In this document: piece by piece, positions 25,081 through 38,855 of the stretch | Layout of the letters: the number at the start of each line of letters is the position of its first letter | Position numbering within the stretch: the stretch's first letter is position 1 | NCBI RefSeq assembly: GCF_036321535.1 | Contig: NC_087436.1 | Location: forward strand, 58,530,001-58,594,000 | Source of the DNA: Camelus dromedarius | Lineage: Eukaryota | Direction of reading: 5' to 3' | DNA: 64,000 nt | Position numbers and translations under genes: made by a program | The notes under the pieces: generated by a model | Databases searched by the model: none | The model's input: only the letters and a program-made list of their open reading frames with translations | Told to the model about the DNA's origin: nothing

Positions 25081-27464
25081 AAAATTATTTTTATTTACTA
25101 TTTTGACATAAAAATGTTCCTTGATGTCAATTTAAATGTTTAATAAAATATGTAAATATGTTTATGTTAGTTTTTCACTCAACTAAACCTTACATAATTT
25201 TTACTACAACTTTTATTTGATTTCAATAATTCTGTTTATTTTAGGAATTTCTCATGTTTTAATTTCTCTCCCATTCAAGTAAATTTTTTTAAGATGTTGG
25301 TCTTCATATTGGATTAATTACTAATGTACCATTTTTCTAACTAGTCAGTGCATAATCTGGTAGGGGTGTAGTAAAGTAAATCTTCAAAATTATTTTACTA
25401 AAAATTAAAATCAATATTGCTGTTCCTCTGAGAAGTCTTATCCAAACACAACTGTGGACTAGTCATTCCATATAAGTTTACTTGGCCATGAGGTCCCAAA
25501 TTTAAGAAATGTGTTATTATTTGATTATCTTTCAACAAGAAGTTAAGTGGTATAAGAAACAGCTATTTATAAAGCAAGATGGGAAAATAATAGGACTATG
25601 TGGGCTAATGGAAACAGCAACTACTACTTGGTTTGGAAAATAAATATAAAAGGACTCTAGTGTGACTCACTTTAGACCCTTTGACACAAGGACATCTGAC
25701 AACCTTCAGCTGACTTTCACTCACATAGATACACACAATCTGCCATTAGCTGGTCTACCAACAGTTTGCCTTGGGAAGTATTATCATAGAGATTTCTAAA
25801 GATAATTCCACTATCTTTTTTTTTCCCCTAAGGGGTCATAGCCCTTGACTCAATTTACTTCACTAGCAGAAAGAAACCATATCTACAAAACAAATCTATC
25901 TTTGAGGTCTTGAGGCAACATATCATTACATAAATACGAACTGCAATATATTTTAGGCAAAGTTATTTTTGCAAACTCAATATATTAATATCTGAACTTA
26001 TTATGGTTACTTTTAAATATTAAATATAATATCACAATCATAAAAGTATTTCATTTAAGGAAAATAAATAATATATGAAATCTTAGGATTGTAAGTACTA
26101 TATAGTAATCCAATTTACTGTTTCTAAGCCCTACTGACCAGCTGAGGTGTTGTAAAAAAATAAATAACAAAACATTCTCAGGATTTACAGGTCTGCTGAA
26201 TAGAAACCAAAAAAGGGTGCTACAGAAGAAATCTAGGACTCTCCATTAATTTAAAAGTTACCAGGCAAAATTTAAGAACCTCTGCTTTATGCAGAGATTT
26301 CTATTCTCTGCATCTCACCCAAGTGGTCCCTCAGTCTTTGCAAGGTATTACTGTGGAGCAGCGTAAACACCGACAGTTGTCATAGGTTAAGTTTCCAAGA
26401 GTCAAGTGAACACAAAATGTAGCTGGGCTAAGGTCACTAAATGGTACATGAGATGATACCCAAATCAAGGAGGTTTTGAGGGTACAGCTATGAGTTTCCT
26501 CTAATGAAGGCTAGCCTGGATTCAGAATGGGCCTTCCATATCAGAGAACTTTATAGTGGGGTACATCTAAAGAATTCACATTGAGGCTCAGGAGAGAACC
26601 ACACACAAGTTTTCAAAGCAAAGAAAGAACAATAGTAGCAACTGTTGAATAAAGATACACTTAGCACTTTCTGCTCTCTCCTCTCTGAGTTTACACATTG
26701 GAGTAGTTATACCTTAAAAATAAAGAGGGAGACATGTATCTCAGCCCATGATCTACCTCCTTTCCACTCTAAGCTATCACTGTCTCACTTTAAGGCCACA
26801 CAGGGGAGAGGGAAGAACATACAATTCAAATCAAATTTGAGAATAGAGTTTTAACTGAATTTTAATAACATAATGGATTAGAAAAAAATGTAAAATTTAT
26901 ACAAATGGCATTAAAGCATGGGAAATGATTATCAGAGCTAAAAATATTAATTGGGGAAAAATTCAGAACTATGCCCTAACAAGGTAAAACTACTCAATAA
27001 ATCAAGTAAGACATTAATGCAGCCTATCTAACGTTAAGTTGACCTTTTTGGGAACTAAACCACAGTAGGGCTAGCCTCTATTCAAATCCCTAAAATGCAT
27101 GACTTGTTCCTAAATCAGCTCTTCCTTATGTTCTCCTTGTTTCTTGGTTGACTGGATTCAATCATAGTACCTTATATTTATACCTGTTACAATTATTCTA
27201 GGATTTATCTCATTTCTCCTTTTGTATCCCACATCTGTCACTTAACATATCAACTTTTTTCTCTCAGCTTTACCCTTCAAGTATGATATAAGTTCCTTCA
27301 ATCTCTTCATGACTGATAAAGATTTCAAACAAATAAGATAATATTCTGGCAAGAGCTCTAAAGCTCCTAACAGCAGTCTTCCTCCACTTTTATATGCTGA
27401 TATGGCACTTGAAGGGTAAAGGCAAAGATTTCATGGCATCCAATCACTATCAATTGATTGGGAT

Positions 27465-27670
27465 ATAATATTGTGGTTAAAATCCTGAATTTGAGGGCCA
27501 GACAATCTGGGATTCAAATGACCTACCTGCTATTTTTGGCCTGAATTTACTCCATACAATGAAGAAAATAATATCACCTACTTCATAGAACAGTTGACAA
27601 GATCAAATAAGTTAAGAAATATGAAATAATTAGAAATGTCAACTACATAATAAGCCTTTTATAAATATTA
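27465..27670 (+). mobile_element. MIR fragment
   Basis: 'gtggttaaaatcctgaatttgagggccagacaatctgggattcaaat' and 'atcacctacttcatag'. Confidence 0.6.
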
Positions 27671-30600
27671 GATATTTTCAATAGATGATGAGCAATCACA
27701 TCTTGCTAAAGTCTAGATATGTGATGTTGACTACATTTGCTTAAAAACCACAATCCTATCATTAAAAAAAAAAACAAATAAACAAAGAAATAAATGAGGT
27801 GTAACAGATATAACTTACCTTTGGTTAAGCCAACTCAGATTCTGGCTATTACTGTTTCTAACAATTCCTTACAGACTTGTCTGAAAAAGTTAGCCATCTT
27901 CACGTTTTTGAAAGAATATCTACTTATGTGTTTAAATAGCAGAAGTGATACCAAAAATGCATCAATCAGGTAAATAAACTCTCCAACTGCGCTGAATTTT
28001 TTTAAATATATTCTGGCATTCAGCATTAATTATGTTGACATAGAGACTTTGGTAAAGGTGTTCAAAAAGAAAACCAAAGGCTCCTTTTTTCATTAATCTT
28101 CATAGTATAAGTGGCACCTACATTTGAGAGGAAGCAGAATATGCTATGAAGCTCTCTTAAACTATTGGCAGTAAGACGAAAACCCATTTTACTACATTTG
28201 GGTGTAATTTCATAAGCTACTACATGAATAATTGCACTGCACTGGAAATGCTGTTAAAAGAGCAAGGTTTTAAGTATTTAAAGATCTTATTGAGGATTAC
28301 ATCAGAGCGAAGAAAATAATTCAGAAATATTTAAATATTAGAAAGCACCGCTGGGGTTTTTCAGTGAAAGTAAGACATTGGTTAATTAGGTAGCATAATA
28401 GCCAATGAAGAGCTGGGACAATCAGCATGAACACATGCCTGGAGCTAAAATAACAGATACTAAAAAAAAGAAGAAAAAGAAACAGAAAAGTAATCTGCCA
28501 TACAAATGTTAGACTGTTTCATTTATGAAAATTATGTAACACTAGAATCCTACCAGTACAAGGCTAAAATTGATTTTGATAGCTTATCAAATACATATTT
28601 TGAAATAAAAACAAAGAAAATTCCAACAAAATGAATGTCAGATATTAAGATAAAAGGTCAAGGTGTATGGGCACACAGAAGTACGTGCAATAAGGTGATA
28701 ATCAATCACTGCATTTAGATTTCGGCTCCAACTTCCTGGCAGCCTGATGTTTTATGACAAATACATCATACCACTCCCTCGGCCCCATGCTTTTTTTTCC
28801 CCCTAAGCTTAAGTCACAAGTGTGTGAAATAGTTGGTCTAGACTGTAGACTGTAGAAACACATAAACTGACCAGCTGATTTGATTTTGGCAATGTCTATA
28901 ATTGTACCCTAAATTTAAAAAAAAAAAACTCAAAACACTGCTGACATCAGCATGAATTTTTGTGTTATTTCTGACATATGTACACATAAAATGATTACAA
29001 TACCAAATATGAAAGTTGTGAATGGCCTGAAAATAACTCAGGCAATCATTATATGGTGTTGTACATTTGCAGGAAGAAAAATAAATTTCAAAAACAAAAG
29101 CATATTAACATGGTTCAAGAGAAACCAATACTAGTAAGGAGAGTTCAAAGAAAAACTCCAAGGCATTGAAATTCATATTGAGGTATAAGACATTTTAATA
29201 AGCAATAAAACATCTAAGTAATTTTGCTTTCTTTATGTATTATTCTAAAGGTGGTAGTTTGCCTTGAGCCCAAGCAATTCAATTTAATGGAGCCTCAATT
29301 TCCACAAGTTGACATGTATATGCAATATGCAGAAAGGAGGAAGAACAAGTTATTAAGTTTGCTTTGATGTCTGACTAGGATAGTCTACATGTTGATTTTG
29401 TTAGTAAAATGTTTGGGTTAAGCAGAAAAGGAAATATGAATAATCAAGTATCAGAAATATAAAGACATTTCCATTCCAGACCATTCAAACATTTATTAAC
29501 AATATATTAAGCATTCCTGGAGAGACATTACTGCATTGTTTTTTTCAAATCATTCAGCAATGAAGGGTTAGTAACTGGTCAATACTGTAAAACATCAGTG
29601 CACCAATATTTTTACACATCTGAATTTTAAGCCTCTTATTTCTTAATGTAAAATTTATTTTTAAAAAGTATAAGGTCCACATGATTTTAATACAAACATC
29701 TTTGTCAATTATAGATAGGTACTTATAAAACAAACTAGAATATTTCCTTCAATATTTAATCACTTTCCAAGCATTCATAATTTAGTCATGCACTAATTAA
29801 AAACTGCTACAGCCAACACTATAGCTAAACCAAGTTGTTTTATTTTATAGTACTATATTTAGTCCATAAAGCTTGCAACACCTATTATTTCATATGATAA
29901 ACACTAAATGCAAAAATGCATGACTTTAAATAAATGTTCTATATTGGGGACAAGAATCTATTATTTTTCTCAAATCAGTACATTGTTCCTTAAGAAATTA
30001 TCAAACACATGAAGTATTTAGGAGATTGTTTTCCTTTTGTCTTGAGTAAGAAATATATGTGGGTATATTTGTGTATTTATTTCATATATGTACATGTACT
30101 TGTATATATGTGTGTACTTACACACAACCTATAGAGGAATTCTATAATCAGTTATTATGCAGTATTATCTTTGTTAATCTTCCATTGGATTGTAATTGTT
30201 CAAGATTATTTGTACACTTCACAGTTAGAAATAGCAAAGGTATATGTCAATTAAACAAATAAATAAATGAAAACAAACACAAAAACCCAAGAGAGGCAGA
30301 ATAGTAGTGGTGTTTCATAAATAAAGTAAAATTAGATGTCCAGAAAACATGCATTGAATTTTGCAGCCCTGCAAAATATCCATTTCTCAGACTGTCATCT
30401 TGAAAGAGGATGTTACAAGATGTTTTTTTATTGCCACATCTTCAGGGTGCCAAGAAAATTTTAATTCATTATATATACATCCCTGAATTTTGGTCAGCTT
30501 AACACTTAGCATGTTCATATTTATTTATTTAAAAGTTTGTTGTCCATCCACCAAAGAAAAGCACTTTTATATATTAATGGTTACTTAAAGATATTGTCAT

Positions 30601-33600
30601 TATTTGTCCTCCAAGAATCATTCATTTAAAGGCAACTATGAATTTAATGCGATGTCTGCAAGTTCTGAATATGCTTTCATAGAGAGCAGGATCCATTATA
30701 TGTTAATTTTTTTCAGTATGAAGACATAGAAGATAGTCCAAATTCTCATTATTAAGAAAAATCTCTCTGTGAAGTTCCATATGAATCTTAGTATCTTCTC
30801 ACAAGGCACAGTGATCCCTATATTCCCCAAAACTATACCAAACAGCGTCAGGTACAACACAAATTCTATCATAAGGTCTAAAGGAAACCCAAGGATAAAA
30901 AGAACCCAGTTTATCAGGCTACTCTGATATAACCTCATTATGAAAATACATCCACTTGCTACTTCTTAAAGGAGCCCACCCTAGAACCAATCCTAGAGAG
31001 TTATTCCTCACAGTAAGTTGAGGGCTCCCTCATTACAACTTCATCCATGAATCCTAGGTCTCCTCTGCAGGGGCATGGAAAAGTTAAACCATCTTCTATA
31101 TGAGAGCTCTGCCAGTACTGGGAGAAAATAGTCAAAACCCTTTCTTCTCCAGGACAAACAACCTAACACCTTCAGCAAGTTTTCATACTTTGTGATACAC
31201 ATAGATTCACTCTCTGGTTTATTTTGCTCCATGCAGGAGTCAGTTTACCAAGTATTTCTCAGGAAGTATTATCTGACATAAAAGAAGCAGAAGGGAAATA
31301 ATACCTGCTCTGATTTAGATACACAAGCTCTCATGACAGGTATAGCATATTTCTGTTATTCACGTCATAAAATATCTCAATCTTCTTCGCATACTCGACA
31401 TTGTCTTTATGCACACTGCTTTCAGCTAGGTTTGATCCTTGTTTACTTTCTGATAGTTACGGCTTACTATTCTTTTCTGTCAAGAATTTTCTTGATCACA
31501 AAGCTACACTCAGGCTGAAACAATTTACATACTTTATAAGGAAATTTGTAAAATCTTCCAATGATCTCTGCAACCCTGTCAAAGATGAAAATACAAAGAT
31601 AACTTGGTAGTCTAAGAACGAAACAGTTCTGTAGGAAAAGTGCAGGTGGGGTATCAACTTGCAAATGGCTCAATAAATATAAAAATGGAGAAGTATATGA
31701 TCCTTTGATACAACATACAGAAAATAAACCTATATTATAAATATATAATATTCTTGGATATCAGTAAGTCCTTTCAGACTCTAGTTAGTTGCCACAGAAT
31801 TAAAGTAAGAATTTGAACTGGTGAAATTCCATCCCCATATGATCAACAACAGCAACTGATTTTCTACTTCTACACATTTGATCTTTCTACATTACTAAAT
31901 GGATTTAAGGGGGCTAAACTTTTATACTAGTATTTTCTATGATATTCAATAGAAAATACAGGTGATTTTCAGAGAAACCTATTTAACTCTATCTACATAC
32001 CTATTATATTAATTTCCTTGTTAGACAAAATTTTACCATTAGAAGATATTTTATTTCATTTGAAATCTTTTCCTAAAAGATAATAAATTTATGCAAACCA
32101 AAAAAATGACATATGTGAAAACTAAATAATACCAAATTACTCCATCTGAATTTTATTTACTTGGTTTGCATCCAAGTAGAGTTAGGATGTGTTCACATTA
32201 AGCCTTTGTCCTTTCTAATCTCTCCAACTTTCACTTAAATGTATCACACCTATCTTGTCCCATTCTGACGACTTTTTAAGTCCAGTGAATTTGATTTTAA
32301 CAGACTTTAAGTTCATTATAGACACAAGGTAGATAGTATAATCTTAATGCATTGTAAGCTTATATTTATTGATAATTTAGCAGTGAGGGAAGATTGCTTG
32401 ATGAATAAGAAGGCTACTCAAAGTCCTAAATATACATATACTCTTTGTTCTAACCAGGCAATCCCTCTATTTCACTTCACAAACTTCTCCATAAACTGCT
32501 TTTGCTGAACTATATTTTGCTATAATGCCATCCTAGGTTAGACAAGAATGAATCCATAAAATTCACTGCAGAATCTCCTGAAGAATGATGTTAAGAATAA
32601 TTTTATTATATTACAGTGTCTGGGAGAGCCACTCCACTTGGAAAATTTCTAGTCTGATATTACTATTGAGTACAGTTTTTCATTTCAAAGAATAATTGGT
32701 TGGTTTTATCTTGCGGGCACCATGAACTGATTAGATTTCCCTTTTAAATTTGGCTGCCAAAAAACTGATAGCTAAAAAACCCACCTTTGGTAAGCATATG
32801 ATACAAATTTTTGGTCTCATTTTAGGTTCCACTTGGGAATCCGCTGTTATTTTTTGCTTGCTTGCTCTCTCTTTCAATCTTCATTTAATATTTGTAAGTC
32901 AGTTTATATGGAAAGGGATAAATTAATTACTAAGATGATAAATTAAAATATTATTTTAACCATCACAGAAGTAGCATAGTAAAAGAAACAAAATAGTCAG
33001 GAGATGTAGCTCTTAGCTTCATATAATATCTGTGATATTCATGCTTTTCATCTCTAAAGTATGGTAAATAACTAACCTAGTGTACTTAGTTGTTCTTATT
33101 AGAAAATAAGATAACATGTAATATAGTATACAAAGTAAAAGTATTCAGTGAAAGAGAAAATTATTGTAAATATTATATTTCATTAATATAATGGGAAAAG
33201 TTTGTATGTATGTACCATCTGTCCAAAAGAAGAAATAAATTGATTATACTTATGTTCTCCTCCTTTGTTTCTCTTGTTAAAAATTTAGAAACTGTAATAA
33301 ACAAAATCATCTAGGGAAATGTCAGAAGTTAAAGGAAAGAAGAGAAGACAAGACAGTAAGAACAAAGATGAATTTATTGCACTGCTTCCAGTAAACTGTT
33401 TAGAAACTTGGAAAATAAATGTCAATCAAAATGCTATTCAAAAATATTCTGTTTTACCGGCAGTAATCAAATATTTAAAATAAAATAATAATCCTAATCT
33501 CCAAGGAAACACAAAGCACACCATTTCCTTCACAATAGCTTGATTTTTGATAAGCCTTTAAATATTTTCTGTTTATCAGTTAAAGCAGAAAACACACACA

Positions 33601-34732
33601 AGAAATTTACATTCATTAAGATAAGAAAATATACAAAACTAAATTATCTACTATAAAACTTTGCACTTTTAAAATTCATTTTAGCATTTAATTCAGTTAA
33701 ATAAACTTGACAATCAAATGGAACCAAGATAACTGAGGAAAAAAATACTAATCCACTATTCATTACTTTTTAAAAAATTAATCTTCCTGTGATGATCTCT
33801 TTACTTACATTTGCTTAAAAATTTAGTTTTCCATCATGCAGTTATATAAAGAATAGTAAGATAGAGAATTTAGAGATCATTCATTGTGCCAGCTTTTCTT
33901 AGTTAATCTTTCTTATGTTTTATATATTTAAGATAGACTGTGAAAACAAAGCATTTAACAACAACAACAAAATATTTTCTACCAATAAAATGGGTTTTGA
34001 TTTAGTCTGAAGTTGCACAAAACTATGTATGTTGTCTTTTGCAATGTTATGGTGCCATTTCTCCCATTCCACTAATTTCTTCTTTCATCTGTTAAAATGT
34101 GTTTGGGATACACTGTAGGGAACATAATAGATCAATATCATACAGTGTAAATACTAGCCCATAAATTGGGAGACACTAAAGAAGCTAGAATTGATATTAG
34201 AGAAAATAAGATTAACATGAGAATGAAAATTAAGTGTTATTTGGAGCATCCTTCTGATACTCTGTCAGAACACAGTTCAAGAAGTTATCAAGCCAATGAG
34301 AGTGCAAACAAATGAAAGACTGAATTCAGAATTAAATCTGTTGATTAGCAATTCAATATGAACTGAGACCCTACTAAGTGAGATTAAAAGGAAATTATAT
34401 AAACCCAGTGAGTTTAGATACCACTGGTCAAAAACCTGTGTCCAGACAGTAACATAGGCAGTTGTACCCACCTTCCTCCATTCTAAAACCCATGAGCCAC
34501 TGATTAGTTAACTGGCTTAATATTAATTCCATGTCAGTTGATCTCAGATTTCTTAGGAGGTGACTTTATTCTCTGTGAGCATATTATATAGGGAGAGAAG
34601 ACAGGCAACAAGGCCCCTTCAGGTCCATAAAACTGGGCCTAGATTACTGGAAGGACAAGGTGAAAAAACAAGGTGGATTATACATAATGTATAATCAAAA
34701 GTCTTTTAATCCTGAATATGGGAATATTGTCC

Positions 34733-34838
34733 ATATGTATATTCATGTGTGACTGAAGCATTATGCTGTATAACAGAAAATGACACAACATTGTAAAATG
34801 ACTACACTTCAATAAAAAATAAATATACAAAAAAAAGA
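34733..34838 (+). mobile_element. Young (camelid-type) L1 3' end
   Basis: 'tatgtatattcatgtgtgactgaagcattatgctgtataacagaaaatgacacaacattgtaaaatgactacacttcaataaaaaa' plus A-rich tail. Confidence 0.85.
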
Positions 34839-35489
34839 ATCAAAGAAAATAAATTTGTTCTTGTTCTTTGCTGTTGTATTTCCTTTTCAGAAAGTACTGA
34901 AATATTCCGATGTTATTGCACTTCACAAACCTGAGTGTCTTAACGAACACTATCTTCTGCATTCAACCTTGTCACACTGTTTTAACTGCTTTAACCCAGC
35001 ATTTACTTTGTCCAACCAGATTTCCATTTTCCTGGTTCAGTCATCACTCTAAAGCTCGCTCTTTGTGTATCATGCTATCACACACACTCTGCACATGTAA
35101 GTCCTAGGTATTTGTGTTATTCTCAAGTATTTCAATGCTGATTGGTAGTAACTACACCAGGGTCTCATTATTAGTTATAGTTTCACAAAATCCAACATGA
35201 ATTTTGGACATATGAAACTGATCAAATACATATGGAAACATGCAAAATATGTATCAAATATAAGTTCCACAGAAAAGCTGAACTGTATGTTTAAAACATA
35301 AAGCATTTATTGTATTTGTACTATGCATACACCAGTTGCTCAGCTGCTCAGTAACTGCTGAAGTGAGATGCTAAAAGGAAAGAAAATGAGTGGGATTAGG
35401 ACACATTTCAGAGGTTAAAGAGACTAGGACTAAGGAAAGCTAGTGAAGGTAGAGTACATCATTTCTGATCATAATAACACAAATTAAAA

Positions 35490-35706
35490 TAGTAGCTAAT
35501 ATCTATTCTGTAGTTAGATACTGCTCAATACTTTAAATACATTAATTTAATTCTCATACCCACCCTGTAAGTAAAGTGGCATTATGAGCCCCTTTTAGTA
35601 AATTATGAAACAGGCTGCATACAAAGAGGTTGATTAACTTTGCTGTAAGACACACAGCTGGGAAATGATGGAGCCAAAATTTAAATTAGGTAATCTAACT
35701 CCAGCC
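35490..35706 (-). mobile_element. MIR SINE
   Basis: 'tttaattctcatacccaccctgtaagt...gacacacagctgggaaatgatggagccaaaattt...ctaactccagcc'. Confidence 0.75.
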
Positions 35707-37789
35707 TTGGAACGCCAGTTAAGTCTCTCAATCCATGTAGGGAAACAAGCAGCTGTCTATACAGAATAAACTACAAACATACTAGTGGAGGGTTGGTCTA
35801 AATTGAAACATCATACAATACAGATTACCTGATGCATCAAACTGTACTCTCCAAACCTGGGAAGAAAGCATTAATTCAGAAACTAACCAATGAAAGCATA
35901 AAAGCTTAACAGGTGAATGATTTCGATGCAATTTAAATTTTTTCATTTTGTGATTATTAGTTCTTAGCTAATATGTGTATACATATTTACTCAATTGTGT
36001 TTTCGTGCTCGCATTTGAAATTTTTGGCAGTCTTCTTAATTAAGCAAAAGTTATCCCTGATTAATGTACTGTGAGCTGTTCCTAAAGTACTATAAATAAT
36101 ACAGTGATTAATTGCCATATCTAAACCAGCCACCCTTTAGCACACTTCAAAGACAGAATTTTCTTGGATAAATTTGCATTGTCGACTTAATAATCATACT
36201 CCTGTGGAAAAAATCATCTTCCTTACTTATTTTCTACAGAAACTTACATTTAAACTATTTGATATAAGATGCTTGTTTTGCTTGGTAGCCAAAAAATTCT
36301 TGTCATTATTAAAATAACCTCAAAGATTCTGCTAAAATCTGCACAATTGAAAATTTAACTGCCTTACTAAAGTGTTTAATAACAACTTAAAACTTAATTT
36401 TACCATTTGAAATACAGTTTAGATAGTCATGGGAATTGTGTTTTGTTTTCATTCATTAAGTTGTTTTATTTCTAGTAAATACTTGGTTATTAGCTTCTCT
36501 CTTTACAAGCAATTTTTGAGTCTTTGCTTACTTGTAGGAATATAAAAAATAGTCCATTTTGTTGTTAAACCTATTGGTGTAGGTGGACAATTTTTTGTTG
36601 AAATAGTAGAAGAGCTAGAAATGCATCCTTGTGTTTTCACTTAGTTCAAAAAATATTATTACCATGTAGAAATGGCGAGGAAATAAGATTAAATTAACTC
36701 GTACATTGATCTTGAGACTTTCTTTCTATATATTAAGTGGTGGGGGGTTTTGTTGCTATTTTAGTTAATCTTTTTAAAGCTATATAACAGGTATTCCCAA
36801 CTACTACATTTTTTTTTTTTTTTGCTTTGTGTGTTACTGGTCATAGGTAATTACTTCCAGTTTATCACTCTACTCATTATCATAAGCAGTTCTTAACCAC
36901 CAAAAAGTTTATCACTCCCAAGTTTGCAGCTTTAATTAAAAAGCCAAGTTACTTCATCAAAAGGAGTGGGTCTCCTTGCCATATCACACTGATCACAGAG
37001 TATTTTGAGTACCGTCCAATACTACATACAATACCCTAGTGATTATAGAAAAAATAGAATACATAGTGTCATATATAAATCACAGATGGCTAGGAATAAA
37101 AAGAGGTGCAGGTCTTTTGCAGAGAGGATAACCTTGAACTCTTCTCTCCAATCATCAAATCCTGGTTGAGAGAATTTTATGGAAGATTGCCTGAAATAAA
37201 TTAATTTTATCATGGATCAAGACAGACTACTAAAGAACTATGAACTTGTATCAGACTGCTTGGTCCCCTGTAGAACTATATTTATTGAATTTCATTTCAA
37301 TAATGGGACGTTGTAAGAAACCCAAATTCTACTTGCCACAGTGGGTACTATTATCTTGGACAATTTAAATGAAATGGTTTTAACACAACATGAAATGCAG
37401 TGAAGGCTACAGAGTCCCCCCGCCCCCAGTTATTTCCAGAGCAACTTATCCTTTTCAGCCTCTCTTCTTCTATTTTTAAATTTGTGAATATTATAAAACT
37501 CCTAATGTAATTATTTTAGTTTACTGTCTTTCTTTTGTTTTGGTTATTGAGAACAATTCGCAGCTCATCCCCATCCACATCTCTGTTCAAAAAGAAAGCT
37601 AACTTACTTTTGGCTTTATAATTCAATGACCCTGGATCTCACTTGCACTCAACTTCTGCATGTTTAAGTTTTTTTCTAAAGTATTGAACTTACTATTAAA
37701 AGTTAGCTCTAATATTTGTAAAGGAAAAGGGGATGTTATAAGATTATGCATAAGAAGTACTACCCTTCTGTTTAAACATATGCACCAAA

Positions 37790-38460
37790 ATATAACAGCT
37801 CTACCCTTTTTAAACTCTACATCATCTTTCCGACTGATCTCTTCCAGTATTTCCATCTTTAAATATATTATGGACTCACATAACTCCAAAATGTGTATCT
37901 CAAGTTCCACCTCTCCCCTGATCTCAACCCTCTTTTCTGTCATCGCCTAATCAACATAAAGTCTCTACTTTGACATTCAGTAGATCTTCATTTCTCCCCC
38001 AAACTCCCTCGTCCCATCCTTCCTCACCTGTGCAAATACCACTAAAATTCCACTTATTTGCTCAAAAACATCAGCATCATCCTTAACTCTATTTTCTTCT
38101 TTGAGAAGAAATAGTCAGTCCATCAGCAAATCTTGTTACCTAGATCTACCTATAAAAGAGATTCATGATATGAGCATTACTCACCACTAGGATGGCTAGG
38201 CTATCCTCCCAATTTGAGCTATCATCATTGTTCACTTAGACTATCACAATAGCCTCTTCTTCCATGTTTCTACCATTGGTTCACCACAATCTACTCTCTA
38301 CACAGCTTAATTATTCTTGCTGCACTTTCCACTGCTTGCAATTAAATATTTCAATTATTTTCTGGCTCTACCACTAGGATGTAGTCTATAAGAAGTCAGG
38401 AACTTTTTCTGTATTGTTCACTCACTACTGAATCCCTAGTATTTAGAGCAATACCTTGAA
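37790..38460 (+). mobile_element. L2 fragment (3' end interrupted by an LTR)
   Basis: L2 motifs 'actccaaaatgtgtatctcaag', 'catcatccttaactc', 'cagtccatcagcaaatcttg', 'ttgttcactcactactgaatccctagtatttagagcaatacct'. Confidence 0.75.
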
Positions 38461-38464
38461 GGTT

Positions 38465-38855
38465 TGTGATGCAGAGGTTCCCAGCAGATTCCAGCTTATC
38501 TTTCCCCTCTTCTTTTCTGTCAAATTCTTCTTTCCAACTAGTAACACTACTTGAACAACAGGAGCTTTGGGTCCACTTGACAGTGGGTGAAAGGAGATAG
38601 AGCTCACAGAAGCGAAAGCTTCTAACTGACCCCTCCATAAGTTCTCATTTGCAGGCCCACTTCAGCAACTGAGTATGGCTTGGTTCTTAGCATTCTCCTG
38701 TGAGCTCCTATGTCACCAAGCAGTGAGTGCTGTAGGAAGGCTGATTGGTGAATTCTCCTCAGATCTTCTAACTCCCCTCTCTATACCTTCATTTCCCAAT
38801 CTACTCCCACAACTGTATGAGTTCTAATTCCTACAATGTACTCCCACTATATTGT
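38465..38855 (+). mobile_element. LTR41-like (ERVL) LTR fragment
   Basis: 'gggtccacttgacagtg', 'agctcacagaagc', 'cccacaactgtatgagttctaattcctacaat' resemble the recalled LTR41/MLT2-group consensus. Confidence 0.55.

Noticed and set aside
26120..26620. Possible MER5-like and LTR-like remnants
   Set aside because: Too degenerate to assign by eye.
27819..27880. Minus-strand 62-nt exon candidate (tttttcag ... AAG|gtaagt)
   Set aside because: Strong donor, but stops in all three frames, a short pyrimidine tract and no partner exon; cannot be supported.
36005..36012. gtgctcgc matching the U6 5' end
   Set aside because: Only 8 nt, expected by chance.
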